From positions 1 through 63,945 of the forward strand of contig JBKPKU010000081.1 of assembly GCA_046731295.1 (NCBI GenBank): 63,945 nt of DNA, written 5' to 3'. A program made the position numbers and the translations under genes. The stretch comes from Actinomycetota bacterium. Lineage in GTDB: Bacteria > Actinomycetota > UBA4738 > HRBIN12. Below are positions 26,804 to 35,967 of this stretch, one piece after another. The stretch's first letter is position 1, and each line of letters starts with the position of its first letter. The notes beneath the pieces are model-generated. The model ran no database searches. It had not been told where the DNA came from and was given only the letters and a program-made list of their open reading frames with translations.

Positions 26804-28062
26804 GCGATGGCGTCCTTACCCGAGAAGGGCCCCAGGACGGTGACCGTCATCGGCTGCGAGAGTACCCGTTCGGCCGCCCGCTCCGCGTCCTCGGGCGTCA
26901 CGGCCTCGATGCGCGACAGCAGCTGGTTCACCGTCAGCGACTCACCGTGGCCGATCTCGGACTTGCCCAGGCGCGACATCCGCCCGCCCGGGTCCTCCAG
27001 CGACAGCACGAGCGACCCCTTCATGTGCCCCTTGGCGCGTTCGAACTCTTCGGGGGCCAGACCCTTGTTGGCCACGTCCTCGAGCTCGGCGCGCATGATC
27101 GCGAGCGTCTCCTTGGCGCGTCCCGGCGTCGTTCCCGCGTAGGCGCAGAACACGCCCGCCTCCGCGTACATCGAGTGGTACGAGTACACGCTGTACGCTA
27201 GGCCGCGCTTCTCGCGGATCTCCTGGAACAGCCGCGAGCTCATCCCGCCGCCCAGCGCGTTGTTCACCACGCCGAACGCGAACCGGTCGGGATCGGTGCG
27301 CGACAGCCCGCTGGTGCCGATGCAGATGTGCGCCTGCTCGGTCTTGCGCCTCTTCACCAGCGATCGGCCCGACGGCGGCGGCACGTCGCCGGCGGCCCGG
27401 AGGTTCCACGCGCTGGGGCCCGCCGCGCGGACGGTGCCCGGGCCCATATGCTCGGAGACGACGTCGAGCAGCTCCTCGTGCCGCAGGTTTCCGGCCGCGA
27501 CCACAACGACGTTGCCCGGCACGTAGTGCTTGCGGTAGAAGCGCCGGACCTGGTCGCGCGTGGCGCCCAGGATGCTCTGCCGCGTGCCGAGGACCGGCCG
27601 GCCGAGCGGGTGCCCCGGCCACAGCGTCTCGGTGAACAGGTCGTGGACGAGGTCGTCGGGGTCGTCCTCGTGCTGGTTGATCTCCTCCAGGATCACCTGC
27701 CGCTCCGCGTCGACGTCGGAGATGCGCAGCACCGAGTGCTGGAGCATGTCCGACAGGTGCTCGACCGCCATCGGCAGGTCGCGGTCGCGAACGCGTGCAT
27801 AGAAGGCCGTGTACTCCTTGGCCGTGAACGCGTTGACTTCCCCGCCCACCGCGTCGAACGCCTCCGCGATGTCCCGCGCGCTCCGCGTCTTCGTCCCCTT
27901 GAACAATAGGTGCTCGAGGAAGTGGCTCGACCCCGAGATCGGCGGGGGCTCGTCGCGCGAGCCCGCCAGGACCCAGAAGCCGAGCGTCACCGAGCGGACG
28001 CCGGGCATCCGCTCGGTGACGACGCGAAGACCGGAGGTGAACTCCGTCCGTCCGATCGGCAT
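26800..28062 (-). CDS. M16-family zinc peptidase (pitrilysin-like)
   Basis: HFLEHLLFKGT (HxxEH) motif. Conserved position downstream of pnp in actinobacteria. Confidence 0.85.
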   Translation of the reverse strand: MPIGRTEFTSGLRVVTERMPGVRSVTLGFWVLAGSRDEPPPISGSSHFLEHLLFKGTKTRSARDIAEAFDAVGGEVNAFTAKEYTAFYARVRDRDLPMAVEHLSDMLQHSVLRISDVDAERQVILEEINQHEDDPDDLVHDLFTETLWPGHPLGRPVLGTRQSILGATRDQVRRFYRKHYVPGNVVVVAAGNLRHEELLDVVSEHMGPGTVRAAGPSAWNLRAAGDVPPPSGRSLVKRRKTEQAHICIGTSGLSRTDPDRFAFGVVNNALGGGMSSRLFQEIREKRGLAYSVYSYHSMYAEAGVFCAYAGTTPGRAKETLAIMRAELEDVANKGLAPEEFERAKGHMKGSLVLSLEDPGGRMSRLGKSEIGHGESLTVNQLLSRIEAVTPEDAERAAERVLSQPMTVTVLGPFSGKDAIA

Positions 28063-28065
28063 CGG

Positions 28066-30366
28066 TCAGACGTTGTCGCGCGGTTGGCGGTCCCGGTCCC
28101 GATCGCGGTCCCGAGGACGGCGGTCTCGATCCCTGGGGCGCCGGTCGCGATCGCGGCGGGGCCGGTCCCCTCCGTCCCCGCCCGCACGCGAGGGCTCGGG
28201 CTCCATGCCCTGCGGGATCGCCCACTCCTCGCCGACCGGCTTGAGCGAGATCTTTCCGCGGTCGTCGATGTCCTGGACCTCGACCTCGATCGTGTCGCCG
28301 ACCTTGACGGCCTCCTCGACGTTGGCCAGGCGCTTGCCCCGGCCGAGCTTGGAGATGTGGATCAGGCCGTCGCGACCGGGCACCAGGTTCACGAACGCGC
28401 CGAACGTGGTCGTGTTGACGACGGTGCCGGTGAAGTGCTCGCCGACGGTGATCGGGCGCGGGTTGGCGATCTCGTCGATGATCCGCGCCGCCTCGTCGGC
28501 CCCACCGGCCTCGCGCGCGCCGATGAACACCGTGCCGTCGTCCTGGATGTCGATGTCGGCCCCGGTGAGCGCGACGATCTCGTTGATCTTCTTGCCCTTG
28601 GGCCCGATCACCTCGCCGATCTTGTCGGCGGGGATCTTGAGCGTCAGGATGCGCGGCGCCTTCGGGTTGACCTCGGTGCGCGGCTCGGCGATCGCCCCGC
28701 GGATCACCTCGAGGATCTTCAGCCGGGCCTCCTTGGCCTGATCGAGCGCCCCGGCAAGCACGTCGCCCGGCAGGCCCGTGACCTTCATGTCCAGCTGGAT
28801 CGCCGTCACGAAGTCGGCGGTGCCCGCGACCTTGAAGTCCATGTCGCCCAGCGCGTCCTCGGCACCCAGGATGTCGGTCAGGGTCACGAACGTTCCCGCC
28901 TCGGCGATCATCCCCATCGCGATGCCCGCGACCGGCGCCTTGATCGGCACGCCGGCGTCCATCAGCGACAGGGTCGAGGCACACACGCTGGCCATCGACG
29001 TCGAGCCGTTCGAGCTGAGGATGTCGGATACGAGCCGGAGGGCGTAGGGGAACTCCTCCTCGGGCGGGATGACCGGCACGAGCGCCCGCTCGGCGAGTGC
29101 GCCGTGGCCGATCTCGCGGCGCCGGGGCGAGCCGATCCGGCCCACCTCGCCCGTGGAGAACGGCGGGAAGTTGTAATGGTGGATGTAGCGCTTGGTCTCC
29201 TCGGGATCGAGCGTGTCGATCATCTGGGTCATGCGCAGCATCCCGAGCGTGGTCACGTTCAAGGCCTGCGTGTCGCCCCGCTCGAACAGGCTCGAACCGT
29301 GCGTGCGCGGGATCAGCCCGACCTCGGCCGAGAGCGCGCGGATGTCCTTCGGTCCACGGCCGTCCAGCCGCACGCCGTGCTCGATCACGCGTGCGCGCAT
29401 GACCTTCTTCTGGAGGTCCTTCCAGGCGGGCGAGATCTCGGACTGGCGCGCCGCGTAGGTCTCGGCGCCCCAGGTCTCGAGCAGGTGGCTCCTCACGAGG
29501 TCCTTGAGCTCGTCCAGCGCCGCCTCGCGCTCGGCCTTGTCGGGCACGATCGCGGTCTCCATGCGCTCCTTGAACGCCTCCACCGCCGCCCACGTGTCCG
29601 ACGCGTACAGCGGTCGGGGCTCGAACGGCTGCGGCTTGACGTCGGCCTTGGCAACGAACTCCAGCTGGACCTCGATCAGCTGGTCGATCGCTCGCTTGGC
29701 AACCTCCAGGCCCTCGGCGACGGCCTGCTCGGTGGGGGCCGTACCCCGCTCGCCCTCGAGCAGAGCCCACGTGTTGTCGGGTGCCTCGCCCTCGATCATC
29801 AGGATGTCGACCACGCCCGCCTCGTTGCGGCGGCCGGCGACCACGATGTCGAACGTGGCCTCCTCGAGATCCTGGAACGTGGGGTTGATCTCCCAGTTCC
29901 CGTCGATCAGGCCGAGCCGGACCGAGCCGACCGGGCCCTCGAACGGGATCCCGGCGAGCATCGTGGCAAGGCTCGCCGCGTTCATGCCGGGGATGTCGTA
30001 CTGGTTGGCCATGTCGACCGACAGCACGGTGATCACGACCTGGACCTCGTCGCGATAGCCGTCCTTGAAGCTCGGCCGCATCGGCCGGTCGGTCAGGCGC
30101 GCGGTCAGGATCGCGGTCTCGGACGGGCGACCCTCGCGGCGGAAGAAGCCGCCGGGGATCTTGCCCGCCGCGTACATCCGCTCCTCGACGTCGATCGTGA
30201 GCGGGAAGAAGTCGATGCCCTCGCGGGGCTGTGCGGTGGTGCATGTGGCGAGGACCTGGGTCTCGCCGTACGTCACGACGCACGAGCCGCCGGCCTGCTT
30301 CGCGAGCCGGCCCGACTCGAACGTCAGGGTCTTGTTCCCGAACTCTCGGGAAAGGGTGATGGCCAT
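28066..30366 (-). CDS. pnp: Polyribonucleotide nucleotidyltransferase (PNPase) with an Arg/Asp-repeat C-terminal tail
   Basis: Two RNase PH domains, KH, S1, then ...GGDRPRRDRDRRPRDRDRRPRDRDRDRDRQPRDNV. Confidence 0.95.
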   Translation of the reverse strand: MAITLSREFGNKTLTFESGRLAKQAGGSCVVTYGETQVLATCTTAQPREGIDFFPLTIDVEERMYAAGKIPGGFFRREGRPSETAILTARLTDRPMRPSFKDGYRDEVQVVITVLSVDMANQYDIPGMNAASLATMLAGIPFEGPVGSVRLGLIDGNWEINPTFQDLEEATFDIVVAGRRNEAGVVDILMIEGEAPDNTWALLEGERGTAPTEQAVAEGLEVAKRAIDQLIEVQLEFVAKADVKPQPFEPRPLYASDTWAAVEAFKERMETAIVPDKAEREAALDELKDLVRSHLLETWGAETYAARQSEISPAWKDLQKKVMRARVIEHGVRLDGRGPKDIRALSAEVGLIPRTHGSSLFERGDTQALNVTTLGMLRMTQMIDTLDPEETKRYIHHYNFPPFSTGEVGRIGSPRRREIGHGALAERALVPVIPPEEEFPYALRLVSDILSSNGSTSMASVCASTLSLMDAGVPIKAPVAGIAMGMIAEAGTFVTLTDILGAEDALGDMDFKVAGTADFVTAIQLDMKVTGLPGDVLAGALDQAKEARLKILEVIRGAIAEPRTEVNPKAPRILTLKIPADKIGEVIGPKGKKINEIVALTGADIDIQDDGTVFIGAREAGGADEAARIIDEIANPRPITVGEHFTGTVVNTTTFGAFVNLVPGRDGLIHISKLGRGKRLANVEEAVKVGDTIEVEVQDIDDRGKISLKPVGEEWAIPQGMEPEPSRAGGDGGDRPRRDRDRRPRDRDRRPRDRDRDRDRQPRDNV

Positions 30367-30590
30367 CGGCCGTTGCCTCCTCGATGGGTCGTGCGCGGCG
30401 CGATCGCGTCGCGCGTCTGCAGGCGGAGGCTTCCTTGGGGGGCGCCGCTCGCGCGTGGCGCGCGGCCGCCCCCTGGCCGGTTGTCAGTGGTGAACCGCCG
30501 ATCGGGATCGGTGGCTCGCAACTGAGAACCGACCGCGGGTGCTCCCGCCTCCGGTTCGGTCAGTGGTTCGTTCGCATCCCCCCATGTGGA

Positions 30591-30615
30591 GAAGGCGCCC
30601 CCCGAGGGCGCCTTC
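30591..30615 (-). terminator. GC hairpin (10-bp stem, 5-nt loop) 6 nt after the rpsO stop; attenuator or processing site of the rpsO-pnp leader
   Basis: GAAGGCGCCC-cccga-GGGCGCCTTC read directly. No U tract follows on the minus strand. Confidence 0.45.
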
Positions 30616-30621
30616 GGACTC

Positions 30622-30891
30622 TTATCGGCGAAGTCCGAGCTTCGCCACGATCTGTCGGTACCGCTCGATGTCCTGTCTCCGCAGGTACTCCAGCAGACGG
30701 CGCCGGCGGCCCACCAGCATGAGGAGCCCACGCCGGGACGCGTGGTCCTTGGCATGGGTCTTCAGGTGCTGGGTCAGGTCCGAGATCCGCCTGCTCAGCA
30801 CGGCGATCTGGACCTCGGTGGAACCGGTATCCGCGTCCGAGCGCCGGTGGTCGGTGACGATCTCGGCCTTCTGGGTCTTGGTGAGCGACAT
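30622..30891 (-). CDS. rpsO: 30S ribosomal protein S15
   Basis: [12 protein letters not shown]...[35 protein letters not shown]... Confidence 0.95.
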   Translation of the reverse strand: MSLTKTQKAEIVTDHRRSDADTGSTEVQIAVLSRRISDLTQHLKTHAKDHASRRGLLMLVGRRRRLLEYLRRQDIERYRQIVAKLGLRR

Positions 30892-30929
30892 ACCGGCCCA
30901 GGCTACCAGACGTTCCCCGTCTGCCCTGG

Positions 30930-31856
30930 TCAGGGGCCCGAACGCGGCGCGTCAGTCCAGGACCGGGTGGCCGTCCGAGACGATGGTCGCCGGCACAGGC
31001 GGCCCACGATCTCCCCGTTGGGCCGAAAGACGGCCTCGGCGACCGCCGTGGCCGAGCCCTCGGCCGAGAACCGCGGCCATACGAGCATTCTCAGGCCGTA
31101 GAAGATCGGCTTGGCCTCATACGTGTCCATCGGCTGCAACCGGTGGGCGTGGGAGTGACCCACCGAGGTTCCGATCTCGTCGCCGACGGCGACCTGTGAG
31201 ACGGGATCGGTCACCTCCCCCACGGCCACGACCGCGACGGTCCAGCCCTTGACCTCGATGTAGGCGGGCGCGTCGGCCTTCTCCTGCGAGGTGCCGGCGC
31301 CGACCGGCAGGATGCCCGCGCGCTTGATGTTGCGGATCGAATCCAGGAGCCCCTGCGGTCCCTGGTCGAACGCGTGGTTGTTCGCCAGGTTCGCCACGTC
31401 GACGCCGGCCTCGCGCGCCTAGTCCAGCGCTCCGGGGTCACACCGGAAGACGAACGTCTTGTCCAGCGGCGCGACGTCGTCGGTGGACGGGCACTCCTGG
31501 TTGATGATCGTGAGGTCGTCGTGCTCGAACAGGCCGTGCAGGCCGCTCCACGCCCACCCGCAGCCCTTGGTCCGGAACGCCGGGATGTAGCTCGGGTCCA
31601 GGCTCACGTCGCCCGTGCCGTGGATCAGCAGCCTGCCCTTGGGCTCGGGGCTCGAGCTGGGGCTCGCCGACCCGGTCATGCCGGCCGCCGTCTCCTCGGG
31701 GCTCACCTTCACCCGGGCCCCCGGGGTGGTGGGCGGGCCGGCGCTGCCCTCGTCGGCGCGGTCGACGAGGTACGCGGCGACCCCGACGGCGATCCCGAGC
31801 GCGATCAGCAGGAGCCCGAACGGGATCCGGTGAGGGCGGCCACGCCGAGACCTCAC
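30930..31856 (-). pseudogene. CapA-family (PGA_cap metallophosphatase) gene disrupted by an in-frame TAG
   Basis: ORFs 31419..31856 and 30930..31397 are in the same frame. Reading through gives ...FRCDPGALD*AREAGVDVANLANNHAFDQG...GHSHAHRLQPMDTYEAKPIFYGL. NLE-like, ANNH and GHxH motifs are present. The HWGxE segment appears to be missing. The C-terminus looks frameshifted (alternative frame reads PVPATIVSDGHPVLD*). Confidence 0.7.
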
Positions 31857-31869
31857 GCCTCGGAGCCTC

Positions 31870-32799
31870 TCACGGTTCGGTCACGAGGTCGCGGGTTCGG
31901 CGCACGTCTCGCCCGATCGCGTCCGAGAGCTCGTCCGGGGTCGCGAACCGCTCCTCGTCGCGCAGGTAGGCCCAGAACTCGATCGAGATCGGCCGGCCCA
32001 CGATGTCCTCGTCGAAGTCGAGCAGGTAGGCCTCGACGTGCAGGGGCTCCACACCGAAGGTGGGATTGGTACCCACGCTGATCGCGGCGACGTGCCTGCG
32101 GCCATCCACCACCGCGCGCCCCGCGTAGATCCCCCGCCCCGGGAGCAGGAGCCGCGGCCAGGTCTGCAGGTTCGCCGTCGGAAACCCCAGGTCGCGCCCG
32201 CGGCCAGCCCCGCCGACGACTGTCCCGTCCAGGACGAACCGGCGCCCGAGCGCCAGGAGCGGCCATACGAGGTCGCCCTCGGCCAGGGCGTCGCGGATCG
32301 AGGACGAGGAGACGCGGCGGCCCTCGAGCTCCACGAGCTCGACGCGCTCGGCCGTGAACCCCCACCGGGGCCCGGTCTGGATCAGCAGCTCGACCGTCCC
32401 GGCCGCCCGGTGGCCGAAGGTGAAGTTCGCGCCCATGACGCAGTGATCCGCGTGGAGCCCGTCGACGAGGACGCGCACGATGAAGTCCTCCGCGGGCCAC
32501 CGGCTGAAGTCCTCGGTGAACTGGAGCACCAGCAGCGCGTCGATACCCGCCTCCTCGATCAGGTCCGCCTTGCGTTGGACCGTGGTCAGGAGCCGGGGCT
32601 CCTTGCCGGGCGTGAGCACCTCCCGCGGATGGCGGTCGAACGTGACCGCGACCGAGGGGATCTCGCGCTCCCGCGCGGCGTCGACCGTTCGCCGGAGCAC
32701 CGCCCGGTGGCCGACGTGCACGCCGTCGAAGAAGCCCACCGTGACCACCGCGGATCCCCCCGGGCGTGGCAGGGCCTCGATGCCGTGCAGGCGCTCCAT
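31870..32799 (-). CDS. ribF: Bifunctional riboflavin kinase / FAD synthetase
   Basis: GFFDGVHVGHRAVL..., with a C-terminal riboflavin kinase domain (...GFPTANL...PTFG...). Confidence 0.9.
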   Translation of the reverse strand: MERLHGIEALPRPGGSAVVTVGFFDGVHVGHRAVLRRTVDAAREREIPSVAVTFDRHPREVLTPGKEPRLLTTVQRKADLIEEAGIDALLVLQFTEDFSRWPAEDFIVRVLVDGLHADHCVMGANFTFGHRAAGTVELLIQTGPRWGFTAERVELVELEGRRVSSSSIRDALAEGDLVWPLLALGRRFVLDGTVVGGAGRGRDLGFPTANLQTWPRLLLPGRGIYAGRAVVDGRRHVAAISVGTNPTFGVEPLHVEAYLLDFDEDIVGRPISIEFWAYLRDEERFATPDELSDAIGRDVRRTRDLVTEP

Positions 32800-32824
32800 G
32801 GACCGAGGGTAGCGAACGCCGCGG

Positions 32825-33688
32825 TCAGGCCAGCAGCTCGGCGGCGTGATCGGGCACGTAGGTGTAGGCGTCGCGCGGCGGCCGCACGTATCCCTCGTCG
32901 CTCTGCCGCTCGGGGATCTTGATCTTCCTGGGTACCGGCTCCTCCTCGTACGGGATCATCGAGAGCAGGTGCGCGATGCAGTTGATGCGCGCGCGCGGCT
33001 TGTCGTCGGCCTCGACGACGAACCACGGCGCCTCGGGGATGTCGGTGTGCACGAACATCTCGTCCTTGGCCCGCGAGAAGTCGACCCAGCGCGAACGCGA
33101 CTCCAGGTCGGTGGGCGACAGCTTCCACCGCCGCATCGGGTCGTCGATCCGCGAACGGAACCGGCGCTCCTGCTCGTCGTCGGAGACCGAGAACCAGTAC
33201 TTCAGCAGGACGATGCCGTCCTCGACCAGCAGGCGTTCGACGATCGGGACCTGCCGTAGGAACCGACGGTGCTCCTCGGGCGTGCAGAACCCGAGCACCT
33301 TCTCCACGCCGGCGCGGTTGTACCAGCTGCGGTCGAACAGCACGATCTCGCCCGCCGAGGGCAGGTTCTCGATGTAGCGCTGGAAGTACCACTGCGACCG
33401 CTCGCGCTCCGTGGGCTTGGCGAGCGCTACGATCCGCGTGACCCGCGGGTTCATGTACTGCGTCACCCGCTTGATCGTCCCGCCCTTGCCGGCCGCGTCC
33501 CGCCCCTCGAACACCACGACGATCCGGGCCCCGGTGCTCGCGACCCAATCCTCCATCTTGACGAGCTCCTCCTGGAGCCGGCGGAGCTCCTTCTCGTACT
33601 TCTTCTTCGGCAGCTTGCTGCCGCGGTCCTCGGTGTCCACGTGGTCGTGGTGCTTGCCGCCGCCCTTCGATGTGGTCTCGGTCGCCAT
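32825..33688 (-). CDS. Polyphosphate kinase 2 (PPK2) family protein
   Basis: VVFEGRDAAGKGGTIKRV (Walker A), ...FDRSWYNRAGVE..., ...RWKLSPTDL... Start at the ATG after SD GGAGGTG. Confidence 0.85.
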   Translation of the reverse strand: MATETTSKGGGKHHDHVDTEDRGSKLPKKKYEKELRRLQEELVKMEDWVASTGARIVVVFEGRDAAGKGGTIKRVTQYMNPRVTRIVALAKPTERERSQWYFQRYIENLPSAGEIVLFDRSWYNRAGVEKVLGFCTPEEHRRFLRQVPIVERLLVEDGIVLLKYWFSVSDDEQERRFRSRIDDPMRRWKLSPTDLESRSRWVDFSRAKDEMFVHTDIPEAPWFVVEADDKPRARINCIAHLLSMIPYEEEPVPRKIKIPERQSDEGYVRPPRDAYTYVPDHAAELLA

Positions 33689-33774
33689 GTCGCACCTCCG
33701 CGGCCATCTTGCCACGGGCTCGCCGGGCGAACCCACGGCTCGCGGCGACCCGGCATGGCCTACCCTGTGCCGCG

Positions 33775-34692
33775 ATGGGCGCCCGCCGAACCCCCGCGCT
33801 CCTGCTCGCCCTCGTCCTGGCTGCCTCTGCCTGCGATCGGACGAACGAGCCGCCGCCACGCGTCGACCGGGACGACGCCGTGACGGTCGCGTCGTTCAAC
33901 TTCCCCGAGAGCGTGCTGCTGGCGGAGATCTATGCGCAGGCTCTGGAGGCCGCCGGCGTCCGGGTGAAGCGCGAGACCGCCCTGGGCACGCGCGAGCTCG
34001 TGATGCCGGCGCTCGTCCAGGGACTCGTCGAGTTCGTGCCCGAGTACGCGGGCAGCGCGCTTCTGTTCTTCTCGGGTCCGGGCTCGGCCTCGGCCGACCA
34101 CGACGCGAACCACCGGGCGCTCGCGTCGGAGCTGAGGGGCTTCGGTGTGATCGCCCTCGAGGCCTCATCCGCGGAGGACCAGAACGGGTTCGCCGTGACT
34201 CGGGAGACCGCCGCGCGATTCGGTCTGCGCAGCTTGAGCGACCTCGCGCCGGTGGCGGACCGGCTCACGTTCGGCGGCCCGCCCGAGTGCCTCCGGCGTC
34301 CCTCCTGCCTGCCCGGCCTCGAGTCGACCTACGGGATCGAGTTCGGGGACGAGATCCTGACCCTGGACTCGGGGGGCGGCCGGACGGTGGCCGCGCTCGC
34401 GCAAGGCACCGTGGACGTCGCGCTCATGTTCACCAGCGACGGCGCGGTCGAGCTCAACGACTTCGTGCTGCTGGAGGACGATCGAGGCCTGCAGCCGGCG
34501 GAGAACGTGACGCCGGTGGTACGGCGGGACGCGCTCGAACGGTTCCCGGGACTCGCCGGCGTGGTCGACGCCGTGTCGGCCCTGCTGACCACCGGCGAGC
34601 TCCGCTCGATGAACGCCGAGTTGGGCCGCGGGGCTGATCCCCGAGCGATCGCCGGGACGTGGCTCGAGCGCAACGGCCTCGCCGGGACGTGA
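33775..34692 (+). CDS. Glycine-betaine/choline-type ABC substrate-binding lipoprotein (OpuAC family), no cognate permease or ATPase adjacent
   Basis: Lipobox LAASAC. VTVASFNFPESVLLAEIYAQALEAAGV...FVPEYAGSAL... is typical of the OpuAC/ProX fold. Confidence 0.7.
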   Translation: MGARRTPALLLALVLAASACDRTNEPPPRVDRDDAVTVASFNFPESVLLAEIYAQALEAAGVRVKRETALGTRELVMPALVQGLVEFVPEYAGSALLFFSGPGSASADHDANHRALASELRGFGVIALEASSAEDQNGFAVTRETAARFGLRSLSDLAPVADRLTFGGPPECLRRPSCLPGLESTYGIEFGDEILTLDSGGGRTVAALAQGTVDVALMFTSDGAVELNDFVLLEDDRGLQPAENVTPVVRRDALERFPGLAGVVDAVSALLTTGELRSMNAELGRGADPRAIAGTWLERNGLAGT

Positions 34693-35279
34693 TGGCTCGC
34701 GTTCGCCGCGCCGCCCTGCCGATCGTGCTGGCGCTGTCGATGGCCGGTCTCGCCGGGTGCCGGGCGGAGGCCGGGTACGCGACCGAGGCGAACTGCCCGG
34801 TCGAGAAGAGCGAGTTCTTCGTCCTGATGGCGCAGTCGGTGCCGTCGGCGACGTTGCTTCCCTGCATCCGTGCCCTTCCCGCCGGGTGGACCTACGGCGG
34901 ATCGGACGTGCGCAGCCGCTCGGCGCGCTTCTGGCTCGATTCGGACCGGGCCGGGATCCACGCGGTCGAGGTCTCGCTCGGCGCCTCATGCGAGGTCGCC
35001 GGAGCCCTCGACGTCACGAACTCGACCAGCGAGGCCGGGGTGCGCGACTACCTGCGCGAGTTCGCCCTGCATCCCTACAGCGCGGACCGCTACTTCACGT
35101 TCCCCGGCGGGTGCGTCACGTACCGGTACCGCTTCGGCAGAACGGCGGATCCGGTCCTGGCGCTCGAGGCCGACGAGGCGCTGACGTTCGGCCCGCGTGC
35201 CGCGGTCGTCGCGAAGGTGCGGCGGAGCCTCGGACTGACGCTGTGTGGCGCAGGCGCGCCGCCGTGCGTGGAGCGCTAG
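34692..35279 (+). CDS. Cys-rich lipoprotein of unknown function
   Basis: Lipobox LAGC and six further Cys residues. TGATG overlap with the preceding substrate-binding-protein stop. Confidence 0.55.
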   Translation: MARVRRAALPIVLALSMAGLAGCRAEAGYATEANCPVEKSEFFVLMAQSVPSATLLPCIRALPAGWTYGGSDVRSRSARFWLDSDRAGIHAVEVSLGASCEVAGALDVTNSTSEAGVRDYLREFALHPYSADRYFTFPGGCVTYRYRFGRTADPVLALEADEALTFGPRAAVVAKVRRSLGLTLCGAGAPPCVER

Positions 35280-35960
35280 GTGCTCACGAACCACCGCCGG
35301 GCGCTGATCTGGTCGGTGGTGCTAGCCGGGGCGCTCCTGTTCGTCTTCGCGGCGGTCGGCCGCCATCCGCCCTCGGAGGCCCCGGCGACGACGGTCCCGT
35401 TCGTCGGCCGGTGTGACGAGTCGGTGTTCCACTTCATGGACGACGTCCGCGACGCGATCCTGACCGGCATCGCCAAGGTGTTGAGCTTCCTCGGCAGCGG
35501 CGTCGTGACGATCCCCCTGCGCATCGTGGTCGCAGGATGGCTCGCGTTCCGCCGCCACTTGCGGGCCCTCGTGGCGTGGCTGCTGACGTGGGGGTTCGCC
35601 GAGCTCGCCCTGGCGGCGGCCAAGCCCTTCTTCCATCGCGGCCGGCCCCCGCTGCCCCTCGTCCACACCGTGGGGTACTCGTTCCCCTCCGGACACGCCG
35701 TCGCCGGCGCATCGATCGGCGTCGCGCTGGTGCTGGTGCTGCTCCCGCCGGGTCCACGGCGCCGCGGATGGGAGCTCGGCGCGGCCGGGTTCGCGTTCGC
35801 GATGGCGCTGTCGCGGGTCTACCTGAACGCGCACTGGTTCTCAGACGTGGTGGCCGGGGTGCTCCTGGGCACGGGCGTGGCGCTCGGGACGGCCGCGATC
35901 GTGACCGAGGTCCGCGACGTGTGGCTGCGACGCGCGCGTCGGCCCGCCGAGCGGACATGA
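35280..35960 (+). CDS. PAP2-family phosphatase (membrane)
   Basis: KPFFHRGRP, PSGH and SRVYLNAHWFSD signature motifs. GTG start directly after the preceding stop. Confidence 0.8.
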   Translation: MLTNHRRALIWSVVLAGALLFVFAAVGRHPPSEAPATTVPFVGRCDESVFHFMDDVRDAILTGIAKVLSFLGSGVVTIPLRIVVAGWLAFRRHLRALVAWLLTWGFAELALAAAKPFFHRGRPPLPLVHTVGYSFPSGHAVAGASIGVALVLVLLPPGPRRRGWELGAAGFAFAMALSRVYLNAHWFSDVVAGVLLGTGVALGTAAIVTEVRDVWLRRARRPAERT

Positions 35961-35967
35961 ACGTCGG

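Noticed and set aside
28078-28200. Short tandem DNA repeats, considered as a CRISPR-like or intergenic repeat array
   Set aside because: They lie inside the pnp reading frame and encode the RD-repeat tail. There is no repeat-spacer architecture and there are no cas genes.
24074-30525. Giant ORFs 24074..27142 (+), 26942..30283 (-) and 27910..30525 (+)
   Set aside because: Same artefact. They overlap the Eis-like, PIG-L, dapB, M16 peptidase and pnp genes, and their translations are low-complexity Arg/Asp/Gly/Pro strings.
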